Assembly (NCBI GenBank): GCA_963785725.1
Contig: CAWAWS010000008.1
Location: 32,001 to 96,000, forward strand
Reading direction: 5' to 3'
Source: an uncultured delta proteobacterium
GTDB lineage: Bacteria; Myxococcota_A; Polyangia; Palsa-1104
DNA length: 64,000 nucleotides
The notes beneath the pieces are model-generated. The model ran no database searches and was not told the DNA's origin. It worked only from the letters and a program-made list of their open reading frames with translations. Below, in pieces: positions 1-9,890 of this stretch. Both the position numbers and the translations under genes were made by a program. The stretch's first letter is position 1; every line of letters starts with the position of its first letter.

Positions 1-522
1 GGCGTCGCCAACTTCGACGGCGAGGGCTACACCTACTCGACGCAGGCCTTGGCCGCCGGCGGCGCCACGCCCGGCGCCACCATCACCGTTGGCGGCATCG
101 CGTACACCTGGCCCAACGAGACGTCGGGACAGCTCGACAACGTCGCCGTCAGCGGCCAGACCATCGCCTTCCCGAGCGCCGTTCACACCACGATCGGCCT
201 CCTCGGCAGCGCCACCAACGCCGGCACCGCGGGCGCGACCGGCACCCTCACGGTCACCTACGCCGACAAGAGCACGCAGGCGATCCCCATCGTCTTCACC
301 GATTGGACCCGGGGCGGCGGCGGACTTCCGGTCGTGGGCGGCAACACCGTCGCGGTCACCAGCAGCTACCGCAACGCCGGCACCGCCAAAGACACGGGCA
401 CGCCGGCGTACGTCTTCGCCTTCTCGGCGGCGCTCACGTCGACGCAGCCGGTCACCAGCGTGACGCTGCCGTCGGATTCGTCCGGCGGCCAGATTCACCT
501 CTTCGCCCTCACGCTCAAGTAG
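1..522 (+). CDS. 3' end of a secreted protein (truncated by the window); Thr/Gly-rich beta-sandwich module like accessory domains of actinobacterial glycoside hydrolases
   Basis: Frame is open from base 1 (GVANFDGEGYTYSTQALAAGG...WPNETSGQLDNV...TVTYADKSTQ...FTDWT...IHLFALTLK), with strong GC3 bias; TAG at 520-522. Confidence 0.6.
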   Translation, partial: GVANFDGEGYTYSTQALAAGGATPGATITVGGIAYTWPNETSGQLDNVAVSGQTIAFPSAVHTTIGLLGSATNAGTAGATGTLTVTYADKSTQAIPIVFTDWTRGGGGLPVVGGNTVAVTSSYRNAGTAKDTGTPAYVFAFSAALTSTQPVTSVTLPSDSSGGQIHLFALTLK

Positions 523-632
523 CCCTCGGCCACCGCCGGTCCGGCCCGTCGCGATCGCGCGCGGGCCGGCCGGTCGGTCGGTCGGTGCGCCTGCTCACCG
601 CGCGCGGGCGTCGACCCGCGTATGCTGCCCGA

Positions 633-1166
633 GTGACCTCACTCGACCGCTGGCTGCCGACGCTCGTCTCGATTCCGCTCGTCGGCTTCGTGCTCTACCG
701 TCGCTTGTCCCGCGCTTTTCGCCGCCAGCCAATCGCGGCGCCGCGGATGCTCGTGCGCGTCGGCCTCTTGTCGCTCGTGGCCGCGCTGTTCCTCTTGGCC
801 ATGCCGACGGCGCAAGGGCTCGCCGCCGCCGGAATCGGCGCGCTCGTCGGCACCGGCTTGGCGCGCTTCGGCCTCGCCCGCACCGAGATCGAAGCCACGC
901 CCCAAGGCCGCTTCTTCACGCCCTATCGGTGGACCGAGCTCGTCGTGATGGCGCTCTTCTTGGGTCGCCTGACCGCGCGCATGCTGACGACGTTCCAGGC
1001 CGCGTCGAGCCACGCGGGCGACCTCGCGTCCAACCCGGCGCTGCAGCGGAGCCCGCTCACGCTGGCGCTCTTCGTCGTCCTCGCCGCTTATTACGTCGTG
1101 TATTACGTGGGGCTCTTGCGTCGCGCGCGACCGTCCGCCGCGCCCGTCGAGAATCGCGCCGGCTGA
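633..1166 (+). CDS. Membrane protein, DUF1453/CcdC-like
   Basis: GTG at 633; several hydrophobic helices; YRRLSRAFRRQP and YYVVYYVGLL motifs. Confidence 0.65.
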   Translation: MTSLDRWLPTLVSIPLVGFVLYRRLSRAFRRQPIAAPRMLVRVGLLSLVAALFLLAMPTAQGLAAAGIGALVGTGLARFGLARTEIEATPQGRFFTPYRWTELVVMALFLGRLTARMLTTFQAASSHAGDLASNPALQRSPLTLALFVVLAAYYVVYYVGLLRRARPSAAPVENRAG

Positions 1167-1175
1167 TCTTCGCGC

Positions 1176-1679
1176 TTACGCGAGCCACGACGCCAGCAGG
1201 TTCGCGTCGGTGTCGAAGGCGGCGCGCACCTCCCGCACCAACACGCGCTCGGCCAGCCCACCGACGAGCGGCACGCGAACATTGATCTCGCCCGCGACGG
1301 TGCGAACGACGCCGCTCGCCGCCTGCCGGAACGTGAAGCAGCCCGACGAGTCGAAGCGCTCGCGCCAATGCTCGGGCAGGTTGGGATGGACGCGATAGTC
1401 GATGCGCTGCCGAACGCGATCGTAAGCGGACTCTTCCACCCAGATGAGCATCTCGGGCGTCACCAGGCCCCGTCCGAACGACGGCACGCGGTCGTGCGCG
1501 CGCGGCGTATAGCGCACCCGACGCCGCAGCACGCCGTCGGTCTCCGCGCTCGCCAGCAGCTCGATGCGCTCGAACCCCGGCAGCGCGCGCTCGAGACGAT
1601 CGTAGGTCGAAGGGTCCACGAGCAGCGACTCGAGGCTCGCCAGCGTTCCCGGCAGCGCGTGCTCGACAGAAAAGCGCAT
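1176..1679 (-). CDS. DUF2505-like (START/SRPBCC-fold) protein
   Basis: ATG at 1679; MRFSVEH... and G.INVRVPLVGGLAERVLV pattern. Confidence 0.65.
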   Translation of the reverse strand: MRFSVEHALPGTLASLESLLVDPSTYDRLERALPGFERIELLASAETDGVLRRRVRYTPRAHDRVPSFGRGLVTPEMLIWVEESAYDRVRQRIDYRVHPNLPEHWRERFDSSGCFTFRQAASGVVRTVAGEINVRVPLVGGLAERVLVREVRAAFDTDANLLASWLA

Positions 1680-1860
1680 CGGCCGACGGATGATTACACC
1701 GCGCCGCCGGCCACGCAATCCCACCGTCGATCCGCTCGAACGCGCGATCGCGCCGAAATGACAGTGCGAGCGCGACTGAAACGTCACTGTCGCGCGCCGA
1801 TTTAGCCGACTGGCATAAGCAGTCGCAATGCAATGTAACTACAGTCTGGCTTAGTCCCGT

Positions 1861-1877
1861 TGTCTCTAAAATGAGAC
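1861..1877. promoter_or_regulatory. Palindromic operator-like site TGTCTC-TAAAAT-GAGAC
   Basis: GTCTC-N6-GAGAC inverted repeat in an AT-richer divergent intergenic region; near-identical copy at 24824-24841. Confidence 0.5.
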
Positions 1878-2110
1878 GGTTTCACGCAGGTTTACCGACG
1901 TCTTCGCGCTATTCACACGCGCTGTGCACGATGCTATGACGACATCGGTCGGCGGGGGAATTCGTATTGCGGCATTCGGACTCGAACAGTGTTAATGGCA
2001 ACCGCAATGCGCGCGCGACTGTCAGTCCGTGAGTCGCGCGCCAATCGACTCTTCATATAGGCATTCATTCTTGGCTTATCGCTTCGTTTACTTTTGCCGA
2101 GGAGGATTCG

Positions 2111-3133
2111 TTGCTTCGTAGTGCCATTCGTCTAATGCCGCTCTTGGCGCTCGCCACGGCCGGTTGCGGCTTGTCGCTCAAGATGGTCGACGCCAGCGTG
2201 CGCAAGCCGTCCAACGTCGCCATCTATTTCCGCGTGACGGACCACGACGGCAAAGGCGTGCCCGATCTGCCGGCGACGCAGTTCAACATCTTCGAAGACG
2301 GTAAGCCCGTGCCGCTCGAGATGTCGAAGCAGACGATCTTGACCGACCAAGCGGCGGCCGCGAAGTACACGCTCCTCCTGCTCGACATGTCGGGCGCGAT
2401 CGCGACGTCCAGCCGGCGCAGCGAGCTGGTGTCGGCGGCGGCGGCCTTCGCCGATCGCATCTCCAAGACGCAGGAAGTGGCCATCTGCGCCTTCGATGGC
2501 TCGCCCAGCATCAAGCCGCTCATGCTCTACGCGGCGGGCGGCGGCGTCGTCAAAGGCGACATCGACGCGCTGCGCACGTTTCAGACCGCCGATCCTTCGG
2601 ACAACCTCAACGGCGCGGTCGTCGAGGCGATCGACGCGCTGACGAAGCAGATGGAGCGCTCGTCGCAGCCGCTGCGTTTGGGCACGCTCGTCATCTTCAC
2701 CGACGGCACCGACCACGCGCAGCGGGTGACGCGGCCGCAAGCGCTCGAGGTGCTCGACAAGGTCCGCGAGCAGGTCAGCGTGCTGGCGGTGGGCGTCGGG
2801 CCGCTCGTGGACGCCGAGGAGCTGCATGCGCTCGCGCGCGACGGCGCCGTCCTCGAGAAGCGCAGCATCGACATGCCGCGCGCCTTCGCCGAGATCACCC
2901 AGCGCGTCGACGATCTGTCGCGCGCGCACTACCTCTTGAGCTACTGCTCGCCGGCGCGCGCCAGCTCGCATGAGGTGCGCGTCGACGTCGACGTCAAGCA
3001 TCGCGGCGCCGGCAGCTTGCCGTACCACTTCGAGGCCGATCGCTTCCAGCCGGGCTGCGATCCCAATCAGCCGCCGCAGTTCAAGGTCCATCACGCGACG
3101 CTCACGCCCACGAGCCGCGTCAGCCGCCGTTAA
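2111..3133 (+). CDS. von Willebrand factor A (VWA) domain lipoprotein
   Basis: GAGGAGG RBS before TTG; lipobox ATAGC; MIDAS-like LLLDMSG and IFTDG motifs. Confidence 0.8.
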   Translation: MLRSAIRLMPLLALATAGCGLSLKMVDASVRKPSNVAIYFRVTDHDGKGVPDLPATQFNIFEDGKPVPLEMSKQTILTDQAAAAKYTLLLLDMSGAIATSSRRSELVSAAAAFADRISKTQEVAICAFDGSPSIKPLMLYAAGGGVVKGDIDALRTFQTADPSDNLNGAVVEAIDALTKQMERSSQPLRLGTLVIFTDGTDHAQRVTRPQALEVLDKVREQVSVLAVGVGPLVDAEELHALARDGAVLEKRSIDMPRAFAEITQRVDDLSRAHYLLSYCSPARASSHEVRVDVDVKHRGAGSLPYHFEADRFQPGCDPNQPPQFKVHHATLTPTSRVSRR

Positions 3134-3146
3134 AGAGGTCTGCTTC

Positions 3147-3938
3147 ATGTCGCGACGCTTCGTCTTGGTCACTTTGGCCGCCCTCGGCTGTCACGGCGCC
3201 GCCCAGCCGGCGGCGCCCTCGGTCGATGACCGCTGCTTCGGCGCGCACGTCGCCGCCGCCTGTCTCATCGTCGCCGCGCAGTCGGTCGCCGATCCCAGCC
3301 TGACCACGCCCGAGCGCGGGCGACAGGCGGCGGCCGAGGCCTGTCGCTTGAAGCGCGGCGACGGCTGCGAGCAGCTCGCCGAGATGCTCGAGAGCGGTCG
3401 CGGCGGCGCACGCGCCTTGGACGCGGCCGTCGCCGACCGTCGCCAAGGCTGCGCGCTCGGCGACACTAGCGCCTGCGAGCAGCTCGGCAACATGCTGTCG
3501 TCGGCGATCGGCGCCGGCAAAGACGAGGCTGGCGCGCGCGAGGCCTACGCCAAAGGCTGCGCCGCGCAGCGCCAGTTTTCCTGCGCGCGCCTCATGGAGC
3601 TGCCGGGCGCCGCCGCCGTCGCGCCCGCGCCCGTCGCGCTCACGGCGCACGCCGGCGGGCACGACGGCTCGTTCAGCCTCGCCGTCATCGGCAGCGACGC
3701 CAATCCCGACAAAGAGCAGCGCTGTCGCGAGCAGCTGCATCAAATGGGCGCCCACCTCGACCCGCACGCGAGCACGAAGGCGACGCTCATTCTCGGCAGC
3801 GAGAATCGGCTGCGGGTGACGACGCGCAACGAAGGCACGGTCGTCGACCGCGAGCTCTCGCACGCGGGCGTGTCCGACCTGTGCGCCGAGATCGTCGCGC
3901 AGGTGGCGCGCACGCAGAAGCGCCGCGCCGGCCTCTGA
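3147..3938 (+). CDS. Sel1-like (Cys-rich, Hcp-type) repeat lipoprotein
   Basis: ATG at 3147 after AAGAGG; lipobox AALGC; repeats GC..G...ACEQLG and AREAYAKGC. Confidence 0.7.
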   Translation: MSRRFVLVTLAALGCHGAAQPAAPSVDDRCFGAHVAAACLIVAAQSVADPSLTTPERGRQAAAEACRLKRGDGCEQLAEMLESGRGGARALDAAVADRRQGCALGDTSACEQLGNMLSSAIGAGKDEAGAREAYAKGCAAQRQFSCARLMELPGAAAVAPAPVALTAHAGGHDGSFSLAVIGSDANPDKEQRCREQLHQMGAHLDPHASTKATLILGSENRLRVTTRNEGTVVDRELSHAGVSDLCAEIVAQVARTQKRRAGL

Positions 3939-4044
3939 CGTTTTTGCTGCGACGAGCGCGGCGCCGCGGGCCCTACCAAACATGGCGTCGCGACGCCGCC
4001 GTCGCTTTGCGAGCGCGCGCGCCGAACATCGTCGAGGAGTCGAG

Positions 4045-4545
4045 ATGAGCGTCAATGGTGCGATGATTCGAATCAGTCCGGCCGAGCTCGATTGGTGTCG
4101 GGTCGCGGACGAAGAAGCGATCGAAGAGAAGACCGAGCATTGGTTCTGGGCCGACGAGCCGCGCGCCCTCAATTTCGCCAAACGCTACGCCGGCGTGCAC
4201 TTCCTGTTGACCGGCATCGACCACAGCGAAGAGGTGGACGGGCCGCTCAGCTTCTTGGGCAACCAAAGCTACGGCGAGAATCTCAGCTACGAATTCTCGT
4301 ATGGCCCGGCGCGCGTGTTCCCGCCCGACGCCGTCCACGAGATTCAGCGCGCGCTCGAGGCGCTGTCGGCGGAGGTCGTCGCGCAGCGCCTGCGCGATCC
4401 GGCGCTGGCTCACGTCTATCCCTTCGCCATCCGCAGCTTGGATGATGAAGACCGCCAGTCGCTCGAGCAGCTCGTGGCCGAGTCGCGCGCGTACATCGCC
4501 GCGACCGCCGCCGCCGGCGACGCGCTCCTGGTCGCCATCTTCTAA
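4045..4545 (+). CDS. YfbM/DUF1877 family protein
   Basis: GAGGAG RBS; ATG at 4045; GVHFLLTG, YGPARVF and AAAAGDALLV motifs. Confidence 0.8.
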   Translation: MSVNGAMIRISPAELDWCRVADEEAIEEKTEHWFWADEPRALNFAKRYAGVHFLLTGIDHSEEVDGPLSFLGNQSYGENLSYEFSYGPARVFPPDAVHEIQRALEALSAEVVAQRLRDPALAHVYPFAIRSLDDEDRQSLEQLVAESRAYIAATAAAGDALLVAIF

Positions 4546-4628
4546 CCGGTAACCAGCGCGGCGCGACGGCAGCGCGGCGGGCGCGCGAGCTGTTGACTTG
4601 TCTTCCGCGCTCTGCGTTTGCTATCGGT

Positions 4629-5390
4629 GTGCGCTTAAAAATCTTATTGGTGATGATCCTCACGCTGGGTGGCGCGGTGGCGCAAGCCGACGTCGAAGGG
4701 GCGCGGCGCGCCTACGCCAAAGGCATGACCGCCTACAACTTGCAGCGGTTCGCCGAGGCGTTGGCGCTGTTTCAGCGCGCCTACGAAGAGAAGCAAGATC
4801 CGGCGTTCCTCTTCAATTTGGCGCAGTGCCAGCGGCAGCTCGGCCAGTACGACACGGCGGCCAAGAGCTATCGCGCCTATCTCAACTCCTCGCCGCAGAC
4901 GCCGGCGAACGCCGAGCAGGTGCGCGTCTTGATCGGCGAGATGGAGACGGCGGCTCAGCGCAAAGTGGCCAGCGAGCTGCCGCTCGTGACGCCGACGCCC
5001 GCGCCTGTCGTGACCACGCCGACGCCGGTCGTGACGACGCCGGCGAGCCCATCCGTCGACCACGCGTGGTACCGCAATCCCGTCGGCTGGACGCTGGTCG
5101 GCGTCGGTGTTGCCGGCCTGGGCGTGTCGATCGGCCTCCTCGTGCACGGCAACGATCTCGACCATCAGCTGGGATCGGCCACGTCGCTGACGCAGGTGCA
5201 GCAGCTGCAGTCCGACCGCGACACGTTTCGCACGGCCGGCTTCGCGCTCGTCGGTGTCGGCGCGGCTGCAGCCGTCGCCGGCGCGGTGGTGTTGGCATTG
5301 ACCGCGCGCCAGCACCACGGGCGCACGGCGTGGCTGGCGCCGGCGGTGACCAACGGTTCGGCGGCGCTCGCGTTCGGCGGTGCCTTGTGA
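4629..5390 (+). CDS. Tetratricopeptide repeat protein with signal peptide and hydrophobic C-terminal region
   Basis: ARRAYAKGMTAYNLQRFAEALALFQRAY...FLFNLAQCQRQLG TPR pattern; start uncertain (GTG at 4629). Confidence 0.75.
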   Translation: MRLKILLVMILTLGGAVAQADVEGARRAYAKGMTAYNLQRFAEALALFQRAYEEKQDPAFLFNLAQCQRQLGQYDTAAKSYRAYLNSSPQTPANAEQVRVLIGEMETAAQRKVASELPLVTPTPAPVVTTPTPVVTTPASPSVDHAWYRNPVGWTLVGVGVAGLGVSIGLLVHGNDLDHQLGSATSLTQVQQLQSDRDTFRTAGFALVGVGAAAAVAGAVVLALTARQHHGRTAWLAPAVTNGSAALAFGGAL

Positions 5391-6604
5391 GGCTGGCGTT
5401 CGGCGCGCTCCTCGCCATCGGCCTCATCGGCTGCTCGGACACGACGCCGCGCGTGCGCTGCGGCAACAACGCGCAGTGCACGACGGCGAAGCGCGCGGGA
5501 ATTTGCGTGCCCGGTGAAGACGTCTGCGCCGTCGCCAACGCCAGCTGCGCGTCGGGCTACGCCTACGATCCGACGTCGGGACGCAGCGGCTGCGTGGCCA
5601 CGACGACGCCCGATCTGTCGACCGGCTTCGACTTGTCGGGCGCCACGCCGGGCGCCGACATGACGCCGCCCAACAACGCGCCCGGTCCCGACCTGGCCAC
5701 CGCCGACATGGCGGAGTTCACCGGCACGCTGACGTGGACCGCGGTCACCAACACCGGCACGCAGAACACGTTCGCCGCCGTCGCCGGCTCGTCGCCGTCC
5801 AACGTCTGGGTCGTCGGCGGCACGGCGGCCGGCAACATCTTGCATTTGGCGTTCGGCAAAGTCGTCGGCACCAACAACTTGAGCCAGGCGATGAGCGCGC
5901 TCTACGTCAATGCCAACGGCGAAATCTTCGCCGCCGGCCAGTCCGCCATCTTGAATCTGACGAGCGGCGCTCCGGGCACGACCGAGAACAGCAGCGACGT
6001 GTTCCTCGGCCTGTGGGGCACGAGCGACGGCGCCTCCCTCTTTGCCGTCGGCAACGCCGGCTTTTACGCGCGTGCGTCGACGGGCGCGTGGGCGTTGACG
6101 GTCGAGGCGCCCGCCGGCTCGACCGCGCCCGTCTCGGCCTACCGCACGATCTGGGGCTCGTCGCCGACCAACATTTACTTGGCCGGCGGCTATCGTCCGT
6201 CGCCCAGCTTGGGCTTCCGAGCGGCCATCGCCGAGGACGTCAACGGCACCTGGAACAACGTCACCCCGACGGGAAACAACGTCGAAGCAATGTGGGGCAC
6301 GAGCGCGACCGACCTCTACTTCGTCGGCGACTTCGGCTCGATCGTCCACTCCGACGGCACGACGCTGACGAGCCAACAGAACACCAACGTCACCACCGCC
6401 AACCTCTACGGCATCTACGGCACCAGCGCGACGAACCTCTACGCCGTCGGCGCCAGCGGCGTCATCCTGCACTCGACCGGCGACGGCACCTGGGCCGTCC
6501 AAAACAGCGGCACGACGAACACGCTCTACGCCATCTGGGCCTCGAGCTCCACCGACTGGTACGCCGTCGGCGCCGCCGGCACCATCCTCCACGGCACGCC
6601 GTAA
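5387..6604 (+). CDS. Lipoprotein with a Cys-rich N-terminus and beta-propeller (BNR/WD40-like) repeats
   Basis: GTG overlaps the upstream stop; lipobox GLIGC; repeated L.GIWGTS..DLYAVG..G.I.H blades. Confidence 0.8.
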   Translation: MRLAFGALLAIGLIGCSDTTPRVRCGNNAQCTTAKRAGICVPGEDVCAVANASCASGYAYDPTSGRSGCVATTTPDLSTGFDLSGATPGADMTPPNNAPGPDLATADMAEFTGTLTWTAVTNTGTQNTFAAVAGSSPSNVWVVGGTAAGNILHLAFGKVVGTNNLSQAMSALYVNANGEIFAAGQSAILNLTSGAPGTTENSSDVFLGLWGTSDGASLFAVGNAGFYARASTGAWALTVEAPAGSTAPVSAYRTIWGSSPTNIYLAGGYRPSPSLGFRAAIAEDVNGTWNNVTPTGNNVEAMWGTSATDLYFVGDFGSIVHSDGTTLTSQQNTNVTTANLYGIYGTSATNLYAVGASGVILHSTGDGTWAVQNSGTTNTLYAIWASSSTDWYAVGAAGTILHGTP

Positions 6605-6811
6605 GCTCGCGCCCGTCAGCCGCGCGTTCGTCCACGCACTTCACGCATTGTTGCTAGCGACTTTGTCGTTCTCTCGCGGAGACATGGACTGAGTGTCTAC
6701 TCCCCATGGCGCAGTGGCTATGCGCGTTGCCGTCGCCATCCGCCGCGTTGACTGCAGGTTGCAGTTCACACAACTGCACATCTTTCGTGGCCTTCTCTTA
6801 TAGGGATCGGC

Positions 6812-6827
6812 TGGCAAGGCGCTTGCT
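6812..6827 (+). promoter_or_regulatory. Putative sigma54 (-24/-12) promoter for the S53 peptidase gene
   Basis: TGGCAAGGCGCTTGCT fits GG-N10-GC, about 40 nt upstream of ATG 6867 and the AAGGAG RBS. Confidence 0.6.
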
Positions 6828-6866
6828 CTGGGCGTCGTAACCCTCGGCACCCAAGGAGCCCCGCAC

Positions 6867-8570
6867 ATGAGTAGGCGTCATCGGTCTTCGTCGACCACCA
6901 TCCACGCGCTCGTCGCCGTCACGCTCGGCCTCTTGACCGGCGCGGCCGCGGCGCACGCGGATCCGGCCGCTCCGGCGGGCTACTCCGTCGTGAGAAACTG
7001 CAACCCCAGCAGCAAGCACAAGTTCCACTGCAAGTCGTTCCAGATCGTCGACTCGCAGCAGAAGCCGATGGTCATCTCGGACTTGAGCCCGAAGGCGACC
7101 AATCCGTTGACCGCGCAGCAGATCGCGTCGCTCTACCAGCTCGACACGACGCGCAAGCCGGGCGCGACCATCGCCATCGTCGACGCCTACGGCTACGCCG
7201 CCGCCGAGAGCGACTTGGCGGGTTACCGCTCGGCGATGGGGCTGTCGGCGTGCACCAGCGCCAGCGGCTGCTTGACCATCGTCAATCAGACGGGCGCGGC
7301 GTCGCCGCTGCCGCCTGCGCCGCCCAAGAACGACGATTGGACCGGCGAGACCGCGCTCGACATCGACATGGCCAGCGCCGTGTGCCCGAACTGCAAGATC
7401 CTCTTGGTCCAGGCCGACGACGACCAGGGCGACGGCCTCTACATCGCGCAGCAGACGGCCGCGGCGCTCGGCGCCTCGGTCATCAGCAACAGCTGGGGCG
7501 GTCCCGATCCCGACGGCTCGGGCACGACCGAAGGCGAGCCCTACTTCCAGGTCAACCCGGCCATCAACATCTTCGTCGCCACCGGTGACGCGGGCTGGGA
7601 CAACCTCATCGGCTCGTCGACGCAATCGCCGGGCGGCCCCGACTTTCCGAGCACCTCGGCTTACGTCATCGGCGTCGGCGGCACGAACGTGACGCTGACC
7701 ACCGCCGGCGCGCGCGCGACCGAGACCGCTTGGGCCGACGGCGGCAGCTCGTGCAGCGTCATCGTCCCCAAGCCCGCCTACCAGAGCGCGTTCGTTCCCG
7801 CGGCCGCGTGCGGCTTCCGCGCCGCGTCCGACGTGGCCGCGATCGGCGGCACCCCGGGCGTGCAGACGTACAACAAGGGCAAGATGGGCGGCGCGGAGGG
7901 CACCAGCGTCGCCTCGCCGCTCGTCGCCTCGATCTTCGCGCTCTACGGCTTCTCCAAGTCGGACCCCGGCTTCCCCTACGCGCACGGCTCGGCCTTCTAC
8001 GACGTCACCAGCGGCAGCAACGGCGCGACGAGCACGTCGCAGTCGCAGTTCAACTGCTCGACGACCACCACCAACAAGCAGATGTGCAACGCCGGCACCG
8101 GCTGGGACGGCCCGACCGGCATGGGCGCGCCCATCGGCACGGCGCTCGGCATGATCTCGGCCGAGCCGACGCCGCCGGCGGGGCCTGACATGGCCACGCC
8201 GGTCGTCCCCGACATGACGGCGCCGCCGGTTCCGGGCGCCGACATGACGATCGTCGATCACGACATGGCGCAGCCGGGCGAGCAGGACATGGCGCAGGGC
8301 GAGCAGCACGACCTGGCGCAGACGGACGATCTGGCGGAGTCGGAGGACCTCTCGACCGGCACCGGCGGTAACGGTCCGGGCGGCGGCGGTGGCTCGGCCG
8401 GCGGCACCGGCGCGGCCGGTGGCACCGGCGCGGCCGGCGGCGGTGGCAGCGGCGGCAGCAACGGCTGCGGCTGCACGCTCGGCGGCGCCAACAGCGGCAA
8501 CGCGGCCACGGCACTGCCGCTCATGCTGGCACTGCTCGGCTTCGTGATCATCCGCCGTCGTCGCGCGTAG
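6867..8570 (+). CDS. S53 (sedolisin/kumamolisin-like) serine peptidase with a MYXO-CTERM-type sorting tail
   Basis: Signal peptide; ETALDID (Glu/Asp), SNSWG, ATGDAG, GTSVASP (Ser) and GWDGPTGMG motifs; C-terminal GCGC...hydrophobic...RRRRA. Confidence 0.9.
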   Translation: MSRRHRSSSTTIHALVAVTLGLLTGAAAAHADPAAPAGYSVVRNCNPSSKHKFHCKSFQIVDSQQKPMVISDLSPKATNPLTAQQIASLYQLDTTRKPGATIAIVDAYGYAAAESDLAGYRSAMGLSACTSASGCLTIVNQTGAASPLPPAPPKNDDWTGETALDIDMASAVCPNCKILLVQADDDQGDGLYIAQQTAAALGASVISNSWGGPDPDGSGTTEGEPYFQVNPAINIFVATGDAGWDNLIGSSTQSPGGPDFPSTSAYVIGVGGTNVTLTTAGARATETAWADGGSSCSVIVPKPAYQSAFVPAAACGFRAASDVAAIGGTPGVQTYNKGKMGGAEGTSVASPLVASIFALYGFSKSDPGFPYAHGSAFYDVTSGSNGATSTSQSQFNCSTTTTNKQMCNAGTGWDGPTGMGAPIGTALGMISAEPTPPAGPDMATPVVPDMTAPPVPGADMTIVDHDMAQPGEQDMAQGEQHDLAQTDDLAESEDLSTGTGGNGPGGGGGSAGGTGAAGGTGAAGGGGSGGSNGCGCTLGGANSGNAATALPLMLALLGFVIIRRRRA

Positions 8571-8619
8571 CACGTCCGCTTCAGTCGACCTCGATTCCCC
8601 TCCAATGAATCCTTAGTCA

Positions 8620-8663
8620 CAAACCGCCCGTCGCGTGGCCCAGGTCACGCGCCGGGCGGTTTG
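8620..8663. terminator. Long GC-rich hairpin downstream of the peptidase gene
   Basis: CAAACCGCCCG.CGCGTGGCC / GGTCACGCG.CGGGCGGTTTG inverted repeat; no long U tract. Confidence 0.45.
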
Positions 8664-9155
8664 CACGCGGTCGTCCGCACCATCGTCGCTGCCCGCGAGA
8701 CGCGCCCGATGAGCGCGCCTACGTGCTGGCGCGCGTGCGGCGTGGCTGCCGACGGTGACGCGATAGGCGAGACACGCGTTGCTCGCGATTGGGCGCGCCG
8801 CCGCGTTCGGCAGCGGCGCCGAAGAGCTGATGACGCAGCAGTCAGTAGGTGGCCGACCGCTCGCTTTCGCGGTCGCTTCCCGAAAAATACGTCGTTTGGC
8901 GTAGCCGACCGCCGACAAGGCCAGAGTGACGGAAATACCCCTGACGTCTGCGTAATTTTCGCACGAGCCGCGCTCGCCCATCCCATGAAGTGACCGACAT
9001 CACATCCGCGTGTGTGCGGATTCGGTGGACGCGAATTGGACTAGCGGACATCATGCGCTGGCCAGGGTCGACGCATCGCGTCGGGCCGAGCGGGCAGGCG
9101 ATTCCGAACCATTCCAGGCAGCGCGACAGGCGGCGGTGGAGGCGAGGTGCGGCCC

Positions 9156-9890
9156 ATGAATGTCTTGGTTGTCGACGATCACGAGATCTTTCGCGACGGC
9201 CTGCGCACGGTGATCGAATCGCGCGGCGACGCACGCGTCGTCGCCGAGGCGTCGACGGTGCGCGAGGCGACGGCGCTGCTCGACACACTCCAGTTCGACC
9301 TCATGACGCTCGATCTGACGATGCCGGGCGCCAACGGGGTGTCGTTGTTGCGCGAGATGCGCCGGCGCGGGCTGCGCCAGCGCGTCCTCGTCTTGACGAT
9401 GCACACCGATCCCGACGTCGCGGCCGAGGCGTTCGCCTGCGGCGCCGGCGGCTTCGCGCTCAAGTCCGACAGCCGCGCGGCGCTGCTCGACGCCATCGAC
9501 CGGGTCATGCGCGGCGAGCGCTTCATCGCCGCCGGCCTTTCCGCGGCGCAGATCGACCGCTTTTTGCAGACTCAGCCGAGCGCCTTCGACGCCTCGGGCC
9601 CGCTGGCCGTGCTCTCGGCCCGCGAGCGCGAGATCTTCGACCTGCTCGTGCGCGGCTACGGCAACGACGGCATCGCCACGGAGCTCTCGATTAGCCGTCG
9701 CACCGTCGATACCCATCGCACCCACGTCTTCGGCAAGCTCGGTGTGCACTCGATGAGCGAGCTCTTGCGGTTCGGCTTTCGCCAGCAGTTCATCCGCGAG
9801 AGCGGCGGCGCCGGCGAGGTCCCGGCGGCGTTGTCGGCCCCGCGATCGCCGAACGATTCGACGAGCCCGACGACGAAGCAAGCGCGATGA
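9156..9890 (+). CDS. NarL/FixJ family response regulator (REC + LuxR HTH)
   Basis: VLVVDDH, LDLTMPG, FALK; LSAREREIF...IS.RTVDTHR. Confidence 0.92.
   Translation: MNVLVVDDHEIFRDGLRTVIESRGDARVVAEASTVREATALLDTLQFDLMTLDLTMPGANGVSLLREMRRRGLRQRVLVLTMHTDPDVAAEAFACGAGGFALKSDSRAALLDAIDRVMRGERFIAAGLSAAQIDRFLQTQPSAFDASGPLAVLSAREREIFDLLVRGYGNDGIATELSISRRTVDTHRTHVFGKLGVHSMSELLRFGFRQQFIRESGGAGEVPAALSAPRSPNDSTSPTTKQAR

Noticed and set aside
1811..1827. TGGCATAAGCAGTCGCA as a sigma54 promoter
   Set aside because: GG to GC spacing is 11, not 10
8613..9150. Short ORFs in the gap between the peptidase and the response regulator
   Set aside because: No codon bias, RBS or recognisable motif; treated as intergenic
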